From assembly GCA_040954595.2 (NCBI GenBank), contig JBECUI020000046.1, positions 1-64,000 of the forward strand: a DNA stretch of 64,000 nt. The letters run 5' to 3'. Source of the stretch: Balanoglossus misakiensis (taxonomy: Eukaryota; Animalia; Hemichordata). The notes beneath the pieces were generated by a model. It made no database searches. It was not told the DNA's origin and saw only the letters and a list, made by a program, of their open reading frames with translations. Shown one piece after another: positions 49,380-60,281 of the stretch. A program made the position numbers and the translations under genes. The first letter of the stretch is position 1; each line of letters opens with the position of its first letter.

Positions 49380-50702
49380 ATGAAAACTCCTGCCTCTTTG
49401 CATGACCTTGATAGCATGTCGAAGGAAGTACGCACCTCGGCAATACGGCAACTACATGGCAGGAGAAAACAGAAGGCCGAAGAAGTTAATAACCACATTC
49501 ATACCATTTATTCTTTTAGCCCCTACACTCCCTCTCGTGCTGCCTTCAATGCATGGCAGGCAGGTCTTGCAGTAGCAGGCATTGTCGACCATGATTCAAT
49601 AGCAGGAGCAGAAGAATTTCTGGAAGCAGCGAAGCATATAGGCATAGCTGCCACAGTCGGTACAGAACTCCGTGTGGACTTTCACGGCACACCCTTTGCG
49701 AAGAAGCATCTCAATAATCCCGATACAACAGGAATTGCCTACCTGCTCATCCACGGCATCCCCCGAAGATCCTTTGCTTGTTTGGATGATTTCCTTAAAC
49801 CGATCCGGCAAGCTCGCATTGCAAGGAGCAAAAATCAGCTGATAAAATTAAATATGCACCTACAGACATTATTCGTTCCCCCCCTGGATTTTCACAAGGA
49901 CGTCCTTTCCGTGAGTTCTGTAGAATCAGGTGGAACAGTAACCGAACGACATATTCTCTCAGCCTTGGCAAAGCGAATAACAGAACAGCAGGGACGGGGT
50001 AAAAGACTGGTAGACTGGTTGGAAAAGAGCCTTGCCATTTCCATCCCCGACCGGATCCGTCGCTATCTGATCGACGAAACAAATGAGCATTATATCTACG
50101 ACCTACTTGGAATCCTGAAATCTTCCTTTCTCCCACATTTCTATGTCCGCCCCGACAATAGCGAATGCCCACCCTGCCAAGACATTATAGAATTTGCATG
50201 GGATATTGGCGCCATACCGGTTTATCCGTATTTAGGTGATGTCATCCGAGAGGCTACGGACAAACTGAGTAATTCCTATGAGGATGCCTACTTGGACGAC
50301 TTATTTGCATGGTTTCATGGAGTTGGAATCCGGGCAATTGCCTATATGCCGCCACGTAATACACCTGAGCAGCTGGAAAAAATTCGACAGCTCTGTCGAG
50401 AGTATGATTGGATGGAAATAAGCGGCGTTGATATAAATTCACCCCGTCAATCATTCAACTGTCCCGATACCGTAGTGCATAAACAGCTCGCAGATTCCGC
50501 CTGGGCCCTTATTGCACACGAAGAACTTGCAGAACGCAACCGTAATTTTGCTCTTTTCCGGCAATCTGCCAATACATCAGATCTACTTAATAGCTACAGT
50601 TGCATAGGAAGAGGGCTGGGAAGGGGGGAAGCCCTTGATCATTTGGTGAGGAAACATTTTTCTGACAAGGCAGCACTTGCCTTTCTGGGGTGTAAGACAT
50701 GA
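49380..50702 (+). CDS. PHP-domain metal-dependent phosphoesterase
   Basis: NNHIHTIYS, GIVDHDS, GTELRV, SGVD motifs. Confidence 0.8.
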   Translation: MKTPASLHDLDSMSKEVRTSAIRQLHGRRKQKAEEVNNHIHTIYSFSPYTPSRAAFNAWQAGLAVAGIVDHDSIAGAEEFLEAAKHIGIAATVGTELRVDFHGTPFAKKHLNNPDTTGIAYLLIHGIPRRSFACLDDFLKPIRQARIARSKNQLIKLNMHLQTLFVPPLDFHKDVLSVSSVESGGTVTERHILSALAKRITEQQGRGKRLVDWLEKSLAISIPDRIRRYLIDETNEHYIYDLLGILKSSFLPHFYVRPDNSECPPCQDIIEFAWDIGAIPVYPYLGDVIREATDKLSNSYEDAYLDDLFAWFHGVGIRAIAYMPPRNTPEQLEKIRQLCREYDWMEISGVDINSPRQSFNCPDTVVHKQLADSAWALIAHEELAERNRNFALFRQSANTSDLLNSYSCIGRGLGRGEALDHLVRKHFSDKAALAFLGCKT

Positions 50703-51814
50703 ACACTACAATACTTCAAACAATGCTCCCGCTAATTCGAGGTCTGTATGCACCTCTTCCTGTCCGAATAGAATCAGGAAGAAATGCTGAAACGGAAACA
50801 GTTCTTTCATTGCAAGCATTAGCACATATATCGCAACCCGAAGACCTTCTTAGATCTCTTCCGAAAGAGTTTCTATACTTGCAGGAGCAGATTTCACGCT
50901 TAAAAGACAGCCCGCTTCCGCATTACCTTGGGATCTCAGGGCTGGGTACTATTCGCATTTCGGAAATTGATCATACACCACCCACAGCAGTATGCGGAAA
51001 ACTTGCACTTGTAACCGGAGGCGCCCAGGGATTGGGAATGGGCATAGCACGTGCCCTCGTTGCATCCGGCGCCCATGTCTGTATTGCCGACATGAACTAT
51101 GAACAAGCAAGGACTGTTGCGGAAGAATTGAACGCCGGTACGAACAGAGCATGGGCAATGGAAATGGACGTTAGTGCATCCGATTCGGTAAAAAACGGCA
51201 TGGACAAGATACTGAAAAAATTCGGGGGGCTGGATATTCTTATCAGCAATGCCGGCATAACCCTTCCCGGTTCCATTAATAACCTCAGTGAAGAAGAGTT
51301 TATGCGGACCATGCAGGTTAACTATACCGGGTTCTACCTTCTGGTGAAACATTTTTCCCCCATCATGCAATGGCAATACGTAGCAAATAAGAACTACAGT
51401 TCTGACATCATACAGATAAATTCGAAGTCCGGACTTCGTGGATCCAATAAAAACTTTGCCTATGCTGGCAGTAAGTTTGGCAGCATCGGTCTTTGTCAAA
51501 GTTTTGCCCTAGAATTGGCACAGTACAATATCAAGGTGAATGCAGTTTGTCCAGGCAATTTCTTTGACGGAGATCTATGGTCGGACCCGGTAACGGGGCT
51601 CTTTCAAAAATATTTTCAAGTAGGCAAAGTACCCGGTGCAAAAAACATCAAGGATGTCCGCAAGCATTATCTCGCACAATCACCACTCGGTTCAGTTTTA
51701 CAACGCGGTTGTCGCGTAGAGGATGTTGTGCATGCAGTATTCTATCTCATAACACAGAAATTTGAAACCGGACAGGCAATGCCTGTAACTGGTGGTCAGG
51801 AGATGCTTTCATGA
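50699..51814 (+). CDS. SDR oxidoreductase (sorbitol-6-phosphate dehydrogenase-like) with N-terminal extension
   Basis: TGGAQGLG, SNAG, INSKSG, YAGSKFG, VCPGNFF, TGGQEM. Confidence 0.85.
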   Translation: MNTTILQTMLPLIRGLYAPLPVRIESGRNAETETVLSLQALAHISQPEDLLRSLPKEFLYLQEQISRLKDSPLPHYLGISGLGTIRISEIDHTPPTAVCGKLALVTGGAQGLGMGIARALVASGAHVCIADMNYEQARTVAEELNAGTNRAWAMEMDVSASDSVKNGMDKILKKFGGLDILISNAGITLPGSINNLSEEEFMRTMQVNYTGFYLLVKHFSPIMQWQYVANKNYSSDIIQINSKSGLRGSNKNFAYAGSKFGSIGLCQSFALELAQYNIKVNAVCPGNFFDGDLWSDPVTGLFQKYFQVGKVPGAKNIKDVRKHYLAQSPLGSVLQRGCRVEDVVHAVFYLITQKFETGQAMPVTGGQEMLS

Positions 51815-53085
51815 ATTTGATTCGAACAACCGCCGTCAGACTTCATGGGGCAGGGGATATTCGGCTGGATAGCTTTGATCTTCCGCCACTAGCTGACAAT
51901 GAAATTCTTGCTCAAATTATCTGTGATAGCCTCTGTACGTCAACGCGCAAGGCCGCCCTTCTTGGTGCAGCGCACACTCGGGTTCCCGATAATGTCGCTG
52001 ACTATCCGGTCATTGTAGGGCATGAATTTGCAGGCAATATACTGCAAGTAGGAAAAGCATGGGCAGATAAGTTTCATATCGGTCAGAAATTTACAATTCA
52101 ACCAGCGCTTGCCTACAGCGACAAACTGGATGCCCCCGGCTATTCTTTTCCCACCATAGGGGGAGATGCCACTACTGTCATCATTCCCAATGAAATAATA
52201 GAAATGGATGGACTTATCCCCTTTGATGGAACAAGTTATTTCCCGGCAGCATTAGCAGAGCCCTTTTCTTGTGTCATCGGTGCGTTTCAGGCATTTTATC
52301 ACACCGTGTACGGAAGTTATGGGCATACAATGGGCATACGCCCGAACGGCAATTTTGCCCTTCTCGCCGGAACCGGCCCCATGGGCATGGCGGCAATAGA
52401 ATACATACTGCATGCAGAACGAAGACCCAGGCTACTCGTCATTACCGGAAGGACGCAATCAAAGTTATCCCATCTCGAGCATCTCTATTCACCAAAGAAG
52501 GCAGCAAAACAAGGCATAACCCTTGAGTATGTACTATCCACCAATAAAAACGATTTTCAGAACTTGCTTGCTGTCAGTGAGGGAAAGGGATATGATGACA
52601 TTCTTCTTATGTATCCCGACCCTTCTTTAGTAGAACTGGGAGATAGAATTCTTGCACGGGATGGCTGTCTGAACTTCTTTGCTGGCCCGCCGAACAAGGA
52701 TTTTAGTGCGGCCATTAATTTTTACAACCTGCATTATTCCTTTTCGCATTTTGTAGCAACCACAGGCGGCAACATTAGCGACATGTGCAAAGCATTATCG
52801 ATGATGGAAAAAAAGGTGATATCCCCTGCTACTATCATAACCCATATTGGCGGACTCAATGCCGTTATTGACAGCACCATGCGCTTACCGGAGCTACCAG
52901 GAGGGAAAAAACTTATCTACACGCAGAAGAAGATGGACCTGATTGCACTTGATAGATTAGAGGATATACGAAGGGAGAGCCCCTTCTTGCAGGGACTCTA
53001 CGAACGGGTAGCAGCACGAAACAATACTTGGAACGAAGAAGCAGAAGCATACATGCTCGCACATGCTCCGTCGATATTTAGTTAG
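51811..53085 (+). CDS. Zn-binding dehydrogenase, L-sorbose-1-phosphate reductase (SorE)-like
   Basis: DSLCTST, VGHEFAG, LAEPFSCVIG, GTGPMG, THIGGL, GGKKLIY. Confidence 0.85.
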   Translation: MNLIRTTAVRLHGAGDIRLDSFDLPPLADNEILAQIICDSLCTSTRKAALLGAAHTRVPDNVADYPVIVGHEFAGNILQVGKAWADKFHIGQKFTIQPALAYSDKLDAPGYSFPTIGGDATTVIIPNEIIEMDGLIPFDGTSYFPAALAEPFSCVIGAFQAFYHTVYGSYGHTMGIRPNGNFALLAGTGPMGMAAIEYILHAERRPRLLVITGRTQSKLSHLEHLYSPKKAAKQGITLEYVLSTNKNDFQNLLAVSEGKGYDDILLMYPDPSLVELGDRILARDGCLNFFAGPPNKDFSAAINFYNLHYSFSHFVATTGGNISDMCKALSMMEKKVISPATIITHIGGLNAVIDSTMRLPELPGGKKLIYTQKKMDLIALDRLEDIRRESPFLQGLYERVAARNNTWNEEAEAYMLAHAPSIFS

Positions 53086-53098
53086 GAGGTATAACAAC

Positions 53099-54496
53099 AT
53101 GAAAACACACATAGCAATTGATATGGGAGCATCCCATGTCCGCGTCATTGCAGGCAATTTAGAAAATTTTCAGGTAATACGAAACTTCCCTACGTACGTT
53201 TCCACTATTCAGGGAAGCATGTTCTGGGACATCACTCGGATTTTTGAAGAAATAAAGCAAGGGATTCGTGACGCCCTTCAGCAGTATGAAGTAGCAAGCA
53301 TAGGCATTGATGCCTGGGGAGCGGACTACGTGCTTCTTGATGAAACCGGTCAGATTCTTGCTTTGCCCTACCATTATCGAAACACACGCGGAGAATTAGC
53401 TATGCAGGCAGTGCATGATCTAATTTCTCCGATGAACTTATATCGTGAAACTGGAATACTCCCGTATCCCTTTAATAACAGTTATCAACTCTATGCCCAT
53501 AGAGTTCAACAGCCGCAGCTCTACGCTGTAGCAAAGAGATATCTCTCCATAGCCGATTTAGTATACTACTGGCTTGGTGCGGAACCCGTCAACGAGGTAA
53601 GCCATGCCGGTGGAACGCAGTTATATAATCCACATAAAAATACATGGTCGACAGAGGTTCTCAAAACACTCGAATTAAATGACAAACATTTTTATTCTCC
53701 CGTAACACCCGGCACAAAAATTGGAATGCTTGATAATGAACTGGCAGCAGGCAGAAAAGTATCATTAATAAGCGTTGGAACACATGATACTGCCAGTGCA
53801 TTTGCAACCGTTACTGCTATTGCCGGGCAGGATGTAATAATTGTAAATAGTGGAACATGGTCAATTATCGGTGCTATTCGGCATAAGGCACTCGTAACCG
53901 AGCAATCATTTCAATGCAATTTCACCAACGAGAAGGCAGTGGATGGAAAAATTCGATTTGTAAAGAACATTATGGGCATGTGGATACAGCAACAATGTCG
54001 GCAAGCATGGAGAGATATGGGAATCAATGTATCGATTCGGGAAGCAATGGAAATGGTAAGAACAGCAGGTTCGTCTGATGCTATTATTGATCCCTCCGAT
54101 TCTATTTTCTTTCAGCCGAATAACATGGATCGTCCTATGCCCGAACGCATACAAGAATATTGCAGACAGAAGGGCCAGAGCGTACCAACAACTCCACAGG
54201 AGATATTGGCAGCAATATATAAGGGGCTAGTTAACCTGTATGTGCAAACCATCGAAGATGTAATTCGGTTGAACAATAAGCAATACAATACGGTATACAT
54301 TGTAGGCGGGGGAAGTCGAAACCTTGCACTCAACAGTATGCTGGCAACTGAGACAGGCATGAATATTCATTTCGGTCTCGGAGAAGCTACGGCATTGGGA
54401 AACATTCTTATCCAGTCTATCGCAGTCGGTGATGTACAGTCTCCGGAGGAAGCAGGCAAGTATATTTGCAAGCATCATAGTATGCAATCGTATTGA
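53099..54496 (+). CDS. FGGY carbohydrate kinase, rhamnulokinase-like
   Basis: AIDMGAS, GIDAWGADY, HDTASA, SGTWS, NIMGMW, VGGGSRN, EATALGN; RBS AGGAGG. Confidence 0.88.
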   Translation: MKTHIAIDMGASHVRVIAGNLENFQVIRNFPTYVSTIQGSMFWDITRIFEEIKQGIRDALQQYEVASIGIDAWGADYVLLDETGQILALPYHYRNTRGELAMQAVHDLISPMNLYRETGILPYPFNNSYQLYAHRVQQPQLYAVAKRYLSIADLVYYWLGAEPVNEVSHAGGTQLYNPHKNTWSTEVLKTLELNDKHFYSPVTPGTKIGMLDNELAAGRKVSLISVGTHDTASAFATVTAIAGQDVIIVNSGTWSIIGAIRHKALVTEQSFQCNFTNEKAVDGKIRFVKNIMGMWIQQQCRQAWRDMGINVSIREAMEMVRTAGSSDAIIDPSDSIFFQPNNMDRPMPERIQEYCRQKGQSVPTTPQEILAAIYKGLVNLYVQTIEDVIRLNNKQYNTVYIVGGGSRNLALNSMLATETGMNIHFGLGEATALGNILIQSIAVGDVQSPEEAGKYICKHHSMQSY

Positions 54497-54599
54497 TAGA
54501 GAAAGAAGAATGTTTTTATAAAAATCACACACATGTATTGCATAAAAGATTCTATCTATAGTATAATGATGGAAATAAATATTTTAAGGAGGCGTAAAT

Positions 54600-55520
54600 A
54601 TGCGCTTATTTGTTATTTTGATAATGTTTATAACTCTTGTGGGCAATGCATTTGCTGCAGGCACCACAGAGAGCGGGACATTACGCGTTGGCATGTGTAT
54701 TTCGGATTTTGATGATACTTTCATGCAGTACTTAATGGATGCTGCTCGTGAGAAAGCAGTTGAGTTAGGTCTTGATCTGACCCTTGCCGACGGTAAAGGT
54801 GATCCACAGACTCAACTTTCTCAGGTAGAGAACTTTGTTACACAGGGTTTTGATGCAATTATTATTCATGCTGTGAATACTTCTGCAACAGATCCTATGA
54901 GTGAAGCTGCACTTAATGCAGGCATTAAACTTGTATATGTAAACAGATTTCCTTCCAACTTTCCTCAGGGAGCGATTTATGTAGGTTCGGATGATTATGA
55001 TGCCGGACGTCAGCAGGCTGAGTACTTTGTGAAAGTGCTTAATGGTCAAGGAACCGTTGCTATTTTGGAAGGACTTCCAGGAACAGATCCTGCCATTAAG
55101 AGAACACAGGCAGTTGAGGACATCGTTGCTGCTACCAGTGGTATGAAGGTTGTACGCAAGCAAGTAGCAAACTTCCGTCGTCCTGATGCAATTCAGGTTG
55201 TAGAGAACTGGATTATTGCCGGTGAACCTATAAATGTTATTGCTGCTAATAATGATGAAATGGCAATAGGTGCCGTTCAAGCATTAGTAGAAGCAAATCT
55301 CAAGGATAGGGTTATGGTTTTTGGTGTTGATGCTACTCCTGATGCACTACAATTCATGGCAGAAGGACTGTTAGATGGTACGGTATTCCAGAATGCTCGT
55401 GCACAAGGTGCCGGTTCTGTCGATGCCGCTCACAAGGTTTTGACAGGTGCTCCCATTGATTCGGAAGTCTGGATTCCCTTTGAATTGGTAACCCCTGACA
55501 ACTACACAGAGTATCAATAG
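54600..55520 (+). CDS. Sugar ABC transporter substrate-binding protein (RbsB-like, CUT2)
   Basis: Signal peptide; YVGSDD, NNDEMAIGA, GVDA, TVFQ. Confidence 0.9.
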   Translation: MRLFVILIMFITLVGNAFAAGTTESGTLRVGMCISDFDDTFMQYLMDAAREKAVELGLDLTLADGKGDPQTQLSQVENFVTQGFDAIIIHAVNTSATDPMSEAALNAGIKLVYVNRFPSNFPQGAIYVGSDDYDAGRQQAEYFVKVLNGQGTVAILEGLPGTDPAIKRTQAVEDIVAATSGMKVVRKQVANFRRPDAIQVVENWIIAGEPINVIAANNDEMAIGAVQALVEANLKDRVMVFGVDATPDALQFMAEGLLDGTVFQNARAQGAGSVDAAHKVLTGAPIDSEVWIPFELVTPDNYTEYQ

Positions 55521-55541
55521 AGCTCTTGCTTTTATTTCTGT

Positions 55542-55570
55542 AACAAAGGCGTACATTGTACGCCTTTGTT
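55542..55570. terminator. Bidirectional terminator between convergent genes
   Basis: Perfect inverted repeat aacaaaggcgtac-att-gtacgcctttgtt. Confidence 0.8.
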
Positions 55571-56331
55571 TATATTTTTTGAAATAGCTGATAACAGTTT
55601 CGATAGAGCATTTCAGCGCAGTCTTCTATTGCCATGTTGCGGCATCGTGCAATGAGTTCTACAGTTTCATTATTATAGCGTGGTTCATTTTTTTCTCCGC
55701 GTTTGCTTTGTGGGGAAAGGAAGGGAGCATCACTCTCGACGAGTATGCGATCAGCTGGGATCAAGGGGAGTAGTTCACGTAGTCCTGTATTTGCTGGATA
55801 GGTGATGTTTCCTGAAAAAGAAAGATACAATCCTTGCTCAAGTGCACGGAATGCAAAGGAACTGGAACCACTAAAGCAATGCAAAACACCCCGACATCGT
55901 CCTGCATGCATATCCAGCACCTCCTCATCGGCATTTCTATTATGAATAATTACTGGTAGGCAATGTTTTTCGGCTATCCGGATCTGTGCCTCATATACTT
56001 CACATTGTTTTTCGTAGCTATGTGCATACTTATATTTATCAAGTCCTGTTTCTCCAATAGCAACAGCATCCTTAGGGTCATGTTCTATTGCTCGTAACCA
56101 GTTTTCGGTATTTGCATCTTCTACCGAACCGGGATGTATCCCGAGCGAATAGTGGAAAAATGGATATTTTTCTTTCATATCACTGACATATGCCGGAAAA
56201 GTCGGGTCAATTGCTACATCCAGCAAGAATGCATGCGGATGCTGTGCAAAAATTTCTAGGTTAGTCGCACGAACTTCTGCCCTAAGCAGGGAAAGATGGC
56301 AATGGCTATCCGATAAAGCAGCAATAGGCAT
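55570..56331 (-). CDS. tatD: TatD-family DNase
   Basis: DSHCH, GIHP, IGETGLD, IIHNR, VLHCFSG, VESDAPFL. Confidence 0.93.
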   Translation of the reverse strand: MPIAALSDSHCHLSLLRAEVRATNLEIFAQHPHAFLLDVAIDPTFPAYVSDMKEKYPFFHYSLGIHPGSVEDANTENWLRAIEHDPKDAVAIGETGLDKYKYAHSYEKQCEVYEAQIRIAEKHCLPVIIHNRNADEEVLDMHAGRCRGVLHCFSGSSSFAFRALEQGLYLSFSGNITYPANTGLRELLPLIPADRILVESDAPFLSPQSKRGEKNEPRYNNETVELIARCRNMAIEDCAEMLYRNCYQLFQKI

Positions 56332-56394
56332 ACGAAAATAATAACACAAGTGCTTTTTCTTGTATATTCATAACTGTAGTATCTTAAATTTGTA

Positions 56395-56423
56395 TTGACG
56401 CCATAAGGGTTTTGCATTATAAT
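56395..56423 (+). promoter_or_regulatory. Sigma70-type promoter for the envelope operon
   Basis: TTGACG-17 bp-TATAAT. Confidence 0.65.
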
Positions 56424-56600
56424 TAACTATAAGTTATTTAATTAATTGTATATGTTATACTTTTTTAAACAGAAAAACAGACTGATTTTTCATATTCAAA
56501 ATATGAAAATGTAACTTTCAACGTTAATAATTGTTTAACAAAGTAAGTATTTGTTGACTGTTGTCCAACTGTGTCAGAGAAGGAAAGAGAAAGGAAAGTA

Positions 56601-58055
56601 ATGAAAGTTATTCTAATATTTTGCTTAATGAGCCTTGTTTTGATTTGTGTTCCTGCACAAGAAATTTCTTTATTTGATGTTCTAGAAGAAGTCGACACTC
56701 TAAAGAAGGAACAAGAGAAATCGATAGAAGCATTAACTCCTACTTCACTGGTACGTGTACAAACACTAACTGTTTTTATTAATGATCTCCCATACAGGGG
56801 TACCAGTTCCGATCCCAAGGTACCCGACGATACAAAGTTTACAACTGTTATGCGTAAAGTGCCGATACGAGAACAAGATCTATATCCTCTACACAAGTTG
56901 GAAGAGCTTCTTGAATTAACAAAGCAGCAGCTAGAGGGTTCTACCTATTATGGAACAGTGCTGTACTCATGGGCGGTTCTTGAGACAAGTGATGATGTTA
57001 CGGACATAGAGGTAAAGATTCTTGTTCATGATGGTGTGCGCATGCGATTTTCCGGGGGCAGTATTTTTGGTGCATTCGGCATGGACAACTTGTTTGGAAA
57101 AGATCAAAGAATCATGGGAGTTGTCGGATTTAATAAGCTAAGATTTTATTACCGTAATAATACTCTTGCAAATTTAGGGGGTACAGAGAACTCTCTTGGA
57201 CGAACATGGCTTTTTTATGATATTGATGCCTACCATTTCTGGGAGCATCCCATTCTAAGCAGGCACGACTTCTCTTTTCACACCCTCGCCTCCTCCTTTG
57301 CATTAGGGGTATATCCACATAGTGAACTCGCTATCGGAGTACGTACGGGAGTATACTACGATTGGATAGACGATTGGGTGTCGTACAAGACCCGTGCTGT
57401 CGATCAAATGCTTAATCTGCCAGGTAACCTGAATGAGGGAACCGTACGTGTGGCTATGAGCCCTTTTCTTGTTTATTCCTCAGATGTTTCGTACGGTGAT
57501 TGGGGAAGAAATCTATATCTTGGTCTTGCACTTCGCAATGGATTAGCGGTAGACGGTGCTAATCCCCTTTATTATTTTCGTGCAGATCTTAAAACTGATA
57601 TGAGCATACGATATAAATTGCTCATTCCGAACATCGTCCGGTTACAAACACGGTTAGGAGCAAGCTACGGCGATCTACCGTACAGTGAACAGTTTTCGGT
57701 TAATCATGCAAGTATTGATTCAGGCGTTCTATGGGGACGAAGAGCATTTTACGACGACGAGATTTCCTATGGCAAGTCCGTATTCTTGTTGAAAGCGGAA
57801 TACATTCTTCGAGTTCTTGAGATTTCTATTGTGGCTCTTGATTTGTATGGTTTCCTTGATTATGGTGGGACCGCACAAAAATTTGCTTCACTGCCGCAAA
57901 ACTTTAGACTTGCACCCGGTCTGGGAACTCGAGTAAAGTTTTTGTCCCCAGTTTTTTTGACTATTGATGTATCGTTTGGATTTGGTCAAAGACTACTCGG
58001 GTATTCGGATGGTGAAATCTGGACGTGGGCGCTAGACGTAACTTTTGGAATATAA
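56601..58055 (+). CDS. Omp85/BamA-TamA-like outer-membrane protein (one POTRA-like region + barrel)
   Basis: Signal peptide; DNLFGKDQ (NL.G.G-like), FLDYG, PGLGTRV; amphipathic strands; C-terminal VTFGI. Confidence 0.6.
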   Translation: MKVILIFCLMSLVLICVPAQEISLFDVLEEVDTLKKEQEKSIEALTPTSLVRVQTLTVFINDLPYRGTSSDPKVPDDTKFTTVMRKVPIREQDLYPLHKLEELLELTKQQLEGSTYYGTVLYSWAVLETSDDVTDIEVKILVHDGVRMRFSGGSIFGAFGMDNLFGKDQRIMGVVGFNKLRFYYRNNTLANLGGTENSLGRTWLFYDIDAYHFWEHPILSRHDFSFHTLASSFALGVYPHSELAIGVRTGVYYDWIDDWVSYKTRAVDQMLNLPGNLNEGTVRVAMSPFLVYSSDVSYGDWGRNLYLGLALRNGLAVDGANPLYYFRADLKTDMSIRYKLLIPNIVRLQTRLGASYGDLPYSEQFSVNHASIDSGVLWGRRAFYDDEISYGKSVFLLKAEYILRVLEISIVALDLYGFLDYGGTAQKFASLPQNFRLAPGLGTRVKFLSPVFLTIDVSFGFGQRLLGYSDGEIWTWALDVTFGI

Positions 58056-58066
58056 GAGGCATAAAA

Positions 58067-58801
58067 ATGTTGACTAATAGCTTTGTTCGTAAAACTATAA
58101 TTTTTTTCTACTGTGTAATTATAGCATTACAGGTAACTGGGGCGAATGAATCTCTATCGGATCTCATGAGTTATGCCGGAAGCGTATCAGTTGAAGATTT
58201 GCGGTTATTGGCTGCCAACTTGGAGAATAAGCAAGATCTAACTGCGGTTGATCGTGCTCAGCTGGGCAGCATCTATGCGGGCATTGCTCGTCAAACACCC
58301 GGAGCAATAAAAGATGCCGAAAAAGCCTATGATCTGCTTGGAAGCGCGATAAAAGCATTGAACGACCCCTTCCTCCTTGCCTTACAGGGAATGACAGAGA
58401 CATTTATTGCACGAGATTCTATCAATCCCTTTAGAAAACTCTGGAGTCTGGCACAAGGCGTCAATAAGTTGAATGATGCAAACCAACAAGCATCTGCCAG
58501 TCCGGATCCGCTTGTTCCAACCTATATTCATCTGTTGAGTGCAAATATTTTTATGGCTGTCCCAGGGTTTATACCGGAAAGCGGGTCAGCGGAAAGAAAA
58601 TTACAGCAAGCTCTCGAAAGTTTTAATGAGCTAGATACAAAAACTCAACAAGAGCAGCAAGGCTTCCTTGCCTCTATTTATTATGCCTTTCGTAAATTTG
58701 AACGAAAGAGAGGCGACGAGCAAGCCGCAGAAAAATATGCGAAAATTATTCAAGAAATAGCACCGAATTCTTATTCGGCAAAAAAACTTTTAGAGGAGTA
58801 G
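58067..58801 (+). CDS. Secreted TPR-like helical protein
   Basis: Signal peptide; paralogous to 58809-59567 (LALQG...ARDxINP...K, YIH.L, IAP.S..A). Confidence 0.7.
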   Translation: MLTNSFVRKTIIFFYCVIIALQVTGANESLSDLMSYAGSVSVEDLRLLAANLENKQDLTAVDRAQLGSIYAGIARQTPGAIKDAEKAYDLLGSAIKALNDPFLLALQGMTETFIARDSINPFRKLWSLAQGVNKLNDANQQASASPDPLVPTYIHLLSANIFMAVPGFIPESGSAERKLQQALESFNELDTKTQQEQQGFLASIYYAFRKFERKRGDEQAAEKYAKIIQEIAPNSYSAKKLLEE

Positions 58802-58808
58802 CAGAAGT

Positions 58809-59567
58809 ATGGAAAAAGTAAGTGTTCTAAGAATTTTTTGGTTATGTGTAGGTTTACTCGGAGCATTTAGTCTACTGGGCGTGCCTGCTTTTTCACTGGA
58901 GCAGAATGAAGTTGACGAATTATTTCGCTTAACCGGCGGCTATCGGGTTAACGTGCTACAAGAACGGAGTGCGAAACTAGAAGCCCAATCCACCCTTACA
59001 GCCTATGAACATGCGCTACTGGGATCTATGTATCTTGGCATAGTTCTGCAAACTGAAGATACGAATGACATGATAAAGCGTTCGCTGAGTCATTTTGCTG
59101 AAGCAAGAAAAACGCTACCCCATCCGGTCATACTTGCACTGCAGGGAACATCGGAATCGATAGTGGCAAGAGACACGATCAATCCCATTGCAAAGGGCTC
59201 CCTTGCTTCTCGGGCCATTAATACATTACAGACTGCATTGGACAATAAGGAACGCAGTACTTTGGATACTTCCTACATTCATTTTCTTCGAGGACGTTTC
59301 TTTAGCGACTTACCGGCATTCTTTAAAGAATCGAAGCAAGCCCAGACTGAAATCAGACTGAGTCTGGAAGCATTTAAGGAGATAGATCCAAAAAAACAGC
59401 AAAACATGGTTGAATTTCTTGCGGCAATCTATCACGCATTGGCGAGAATAGAAAAAAAACAAGGAAACATGACGGTTGCAGAACGATATTACCAGGCAAT
59501 TATGAAAATTGCACCCGGTTCTCTTGCTGCGGAACAGGCAAAAGAGTTATTGCAAAAAGAATACTAA
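58809..59567 (+). CDS. Secreted TPR-like helical protein
   Basis: Signal peptide; paralog of 58067-58801. Confidence 0.7.
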   Translation: MEKVSVLRIFWLCVGLLGAFSLLGVPAFSLEQNEVDELFRLTGGYRVNVLQERSAKLEAQSTLTAYEHALLGSMYLGIVLQTEDTNDMIKRSLSHFAEARKTLPHPVILALQGTSESIVARDTINPIAKGSLASRAINTLQTALDNKERSTLDTSYIHFLRGRFFSDLPAFFKESKQAQTEIRLSLEAFKEIDPKKQQNMVEFLAAIYHALARIEKKQGNMTVAERYYQAIMKIAPGSLAAEQAKELLQKEY

Positions 59568-59588
59568 GGAAAAACGGAGGGTTTTATA

Positions 59589-60281
59589 ATGAGTGAGTAT
59601 GCTGTAGAACTGACGGATGTCAAAAAAACGTATTTGTTAGGAAAAATTGAGATACCAGCACTGCAAGGGGTCAACTTACAAGTGAAACGCGGAACGTTTT
59701 CGACCATTATCGGCGCTTCAGGAAGTGGAAAAACAACAACTTTGAACCTGATAGGTGCGATTGACGTTCCCACCTTCGGCGAAATTCGGGTTGATAATGT
59801 CTTGCTGTCAACACAGACAAGTAATGAATTGGCACGTTTTCGAGCGCGTAAGGTTGGGTTCATTTTTCAGAGCTTTAACCTCATTCCTGTCTTGAATGTC
59901 TTTGAGAATGTCGCATATCCCATGCGAATATGTAGGGTGCCGAAAGCCGAGATGCATGAAAAAGTACTGGAAATGATTGATTTAGTAGGTCTGAGTGACT
60001 TTGTCAAGCGACGACCGAACGAACTATCCGGTGGGCAACAACAACGAGTCGCCATAGCACGTTCTATGACAATGGATCCGATTGTTGTGGTTGCAGATGA
60101 ACCGACAGCAAATCTGGATTCAAAAACAAGCATCAAGGTACTTGAACTCATGAAGGAGCTAAAAACAAAGAAGGGAGTAACCTTTGTTTTTTGTACCCAC
60201 GATCCTCTTATTGTAGAATATGCTGATGAAATCTTTCACATGAAAGATGGAATTATTACGTCTAAGGAGGAGAGGAAATGA
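59589..60281 (+). CDS. ABC ATP-binding protein, LolD/MacB type
   Basis: GASGSGKTT, GFIFQSFNLIP, LSGGQQQRVAIAR, ADEPTANLD, THD. Confidence 0.95.
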   Translation: MSEYAVELTDVKKTYLLGKIEIPALQGVNLQVKRGTFSTIIGASGSGKTTTLNLIGAIDVPTFGEIRVDNVLLSTQTSNELARFRARKVGFIFQSFNLIPVLNVFENVAYPMRICRVPKAEMHEKVLEMIDLVGLSDFVKRRPNELSGGQQQRVAIARSMTMDPIVVVADEPTANLDSKTSIKVLELMKELKTKKGVTFVFCTHDPLIVEYADEIFHMKDGIITSKEERK

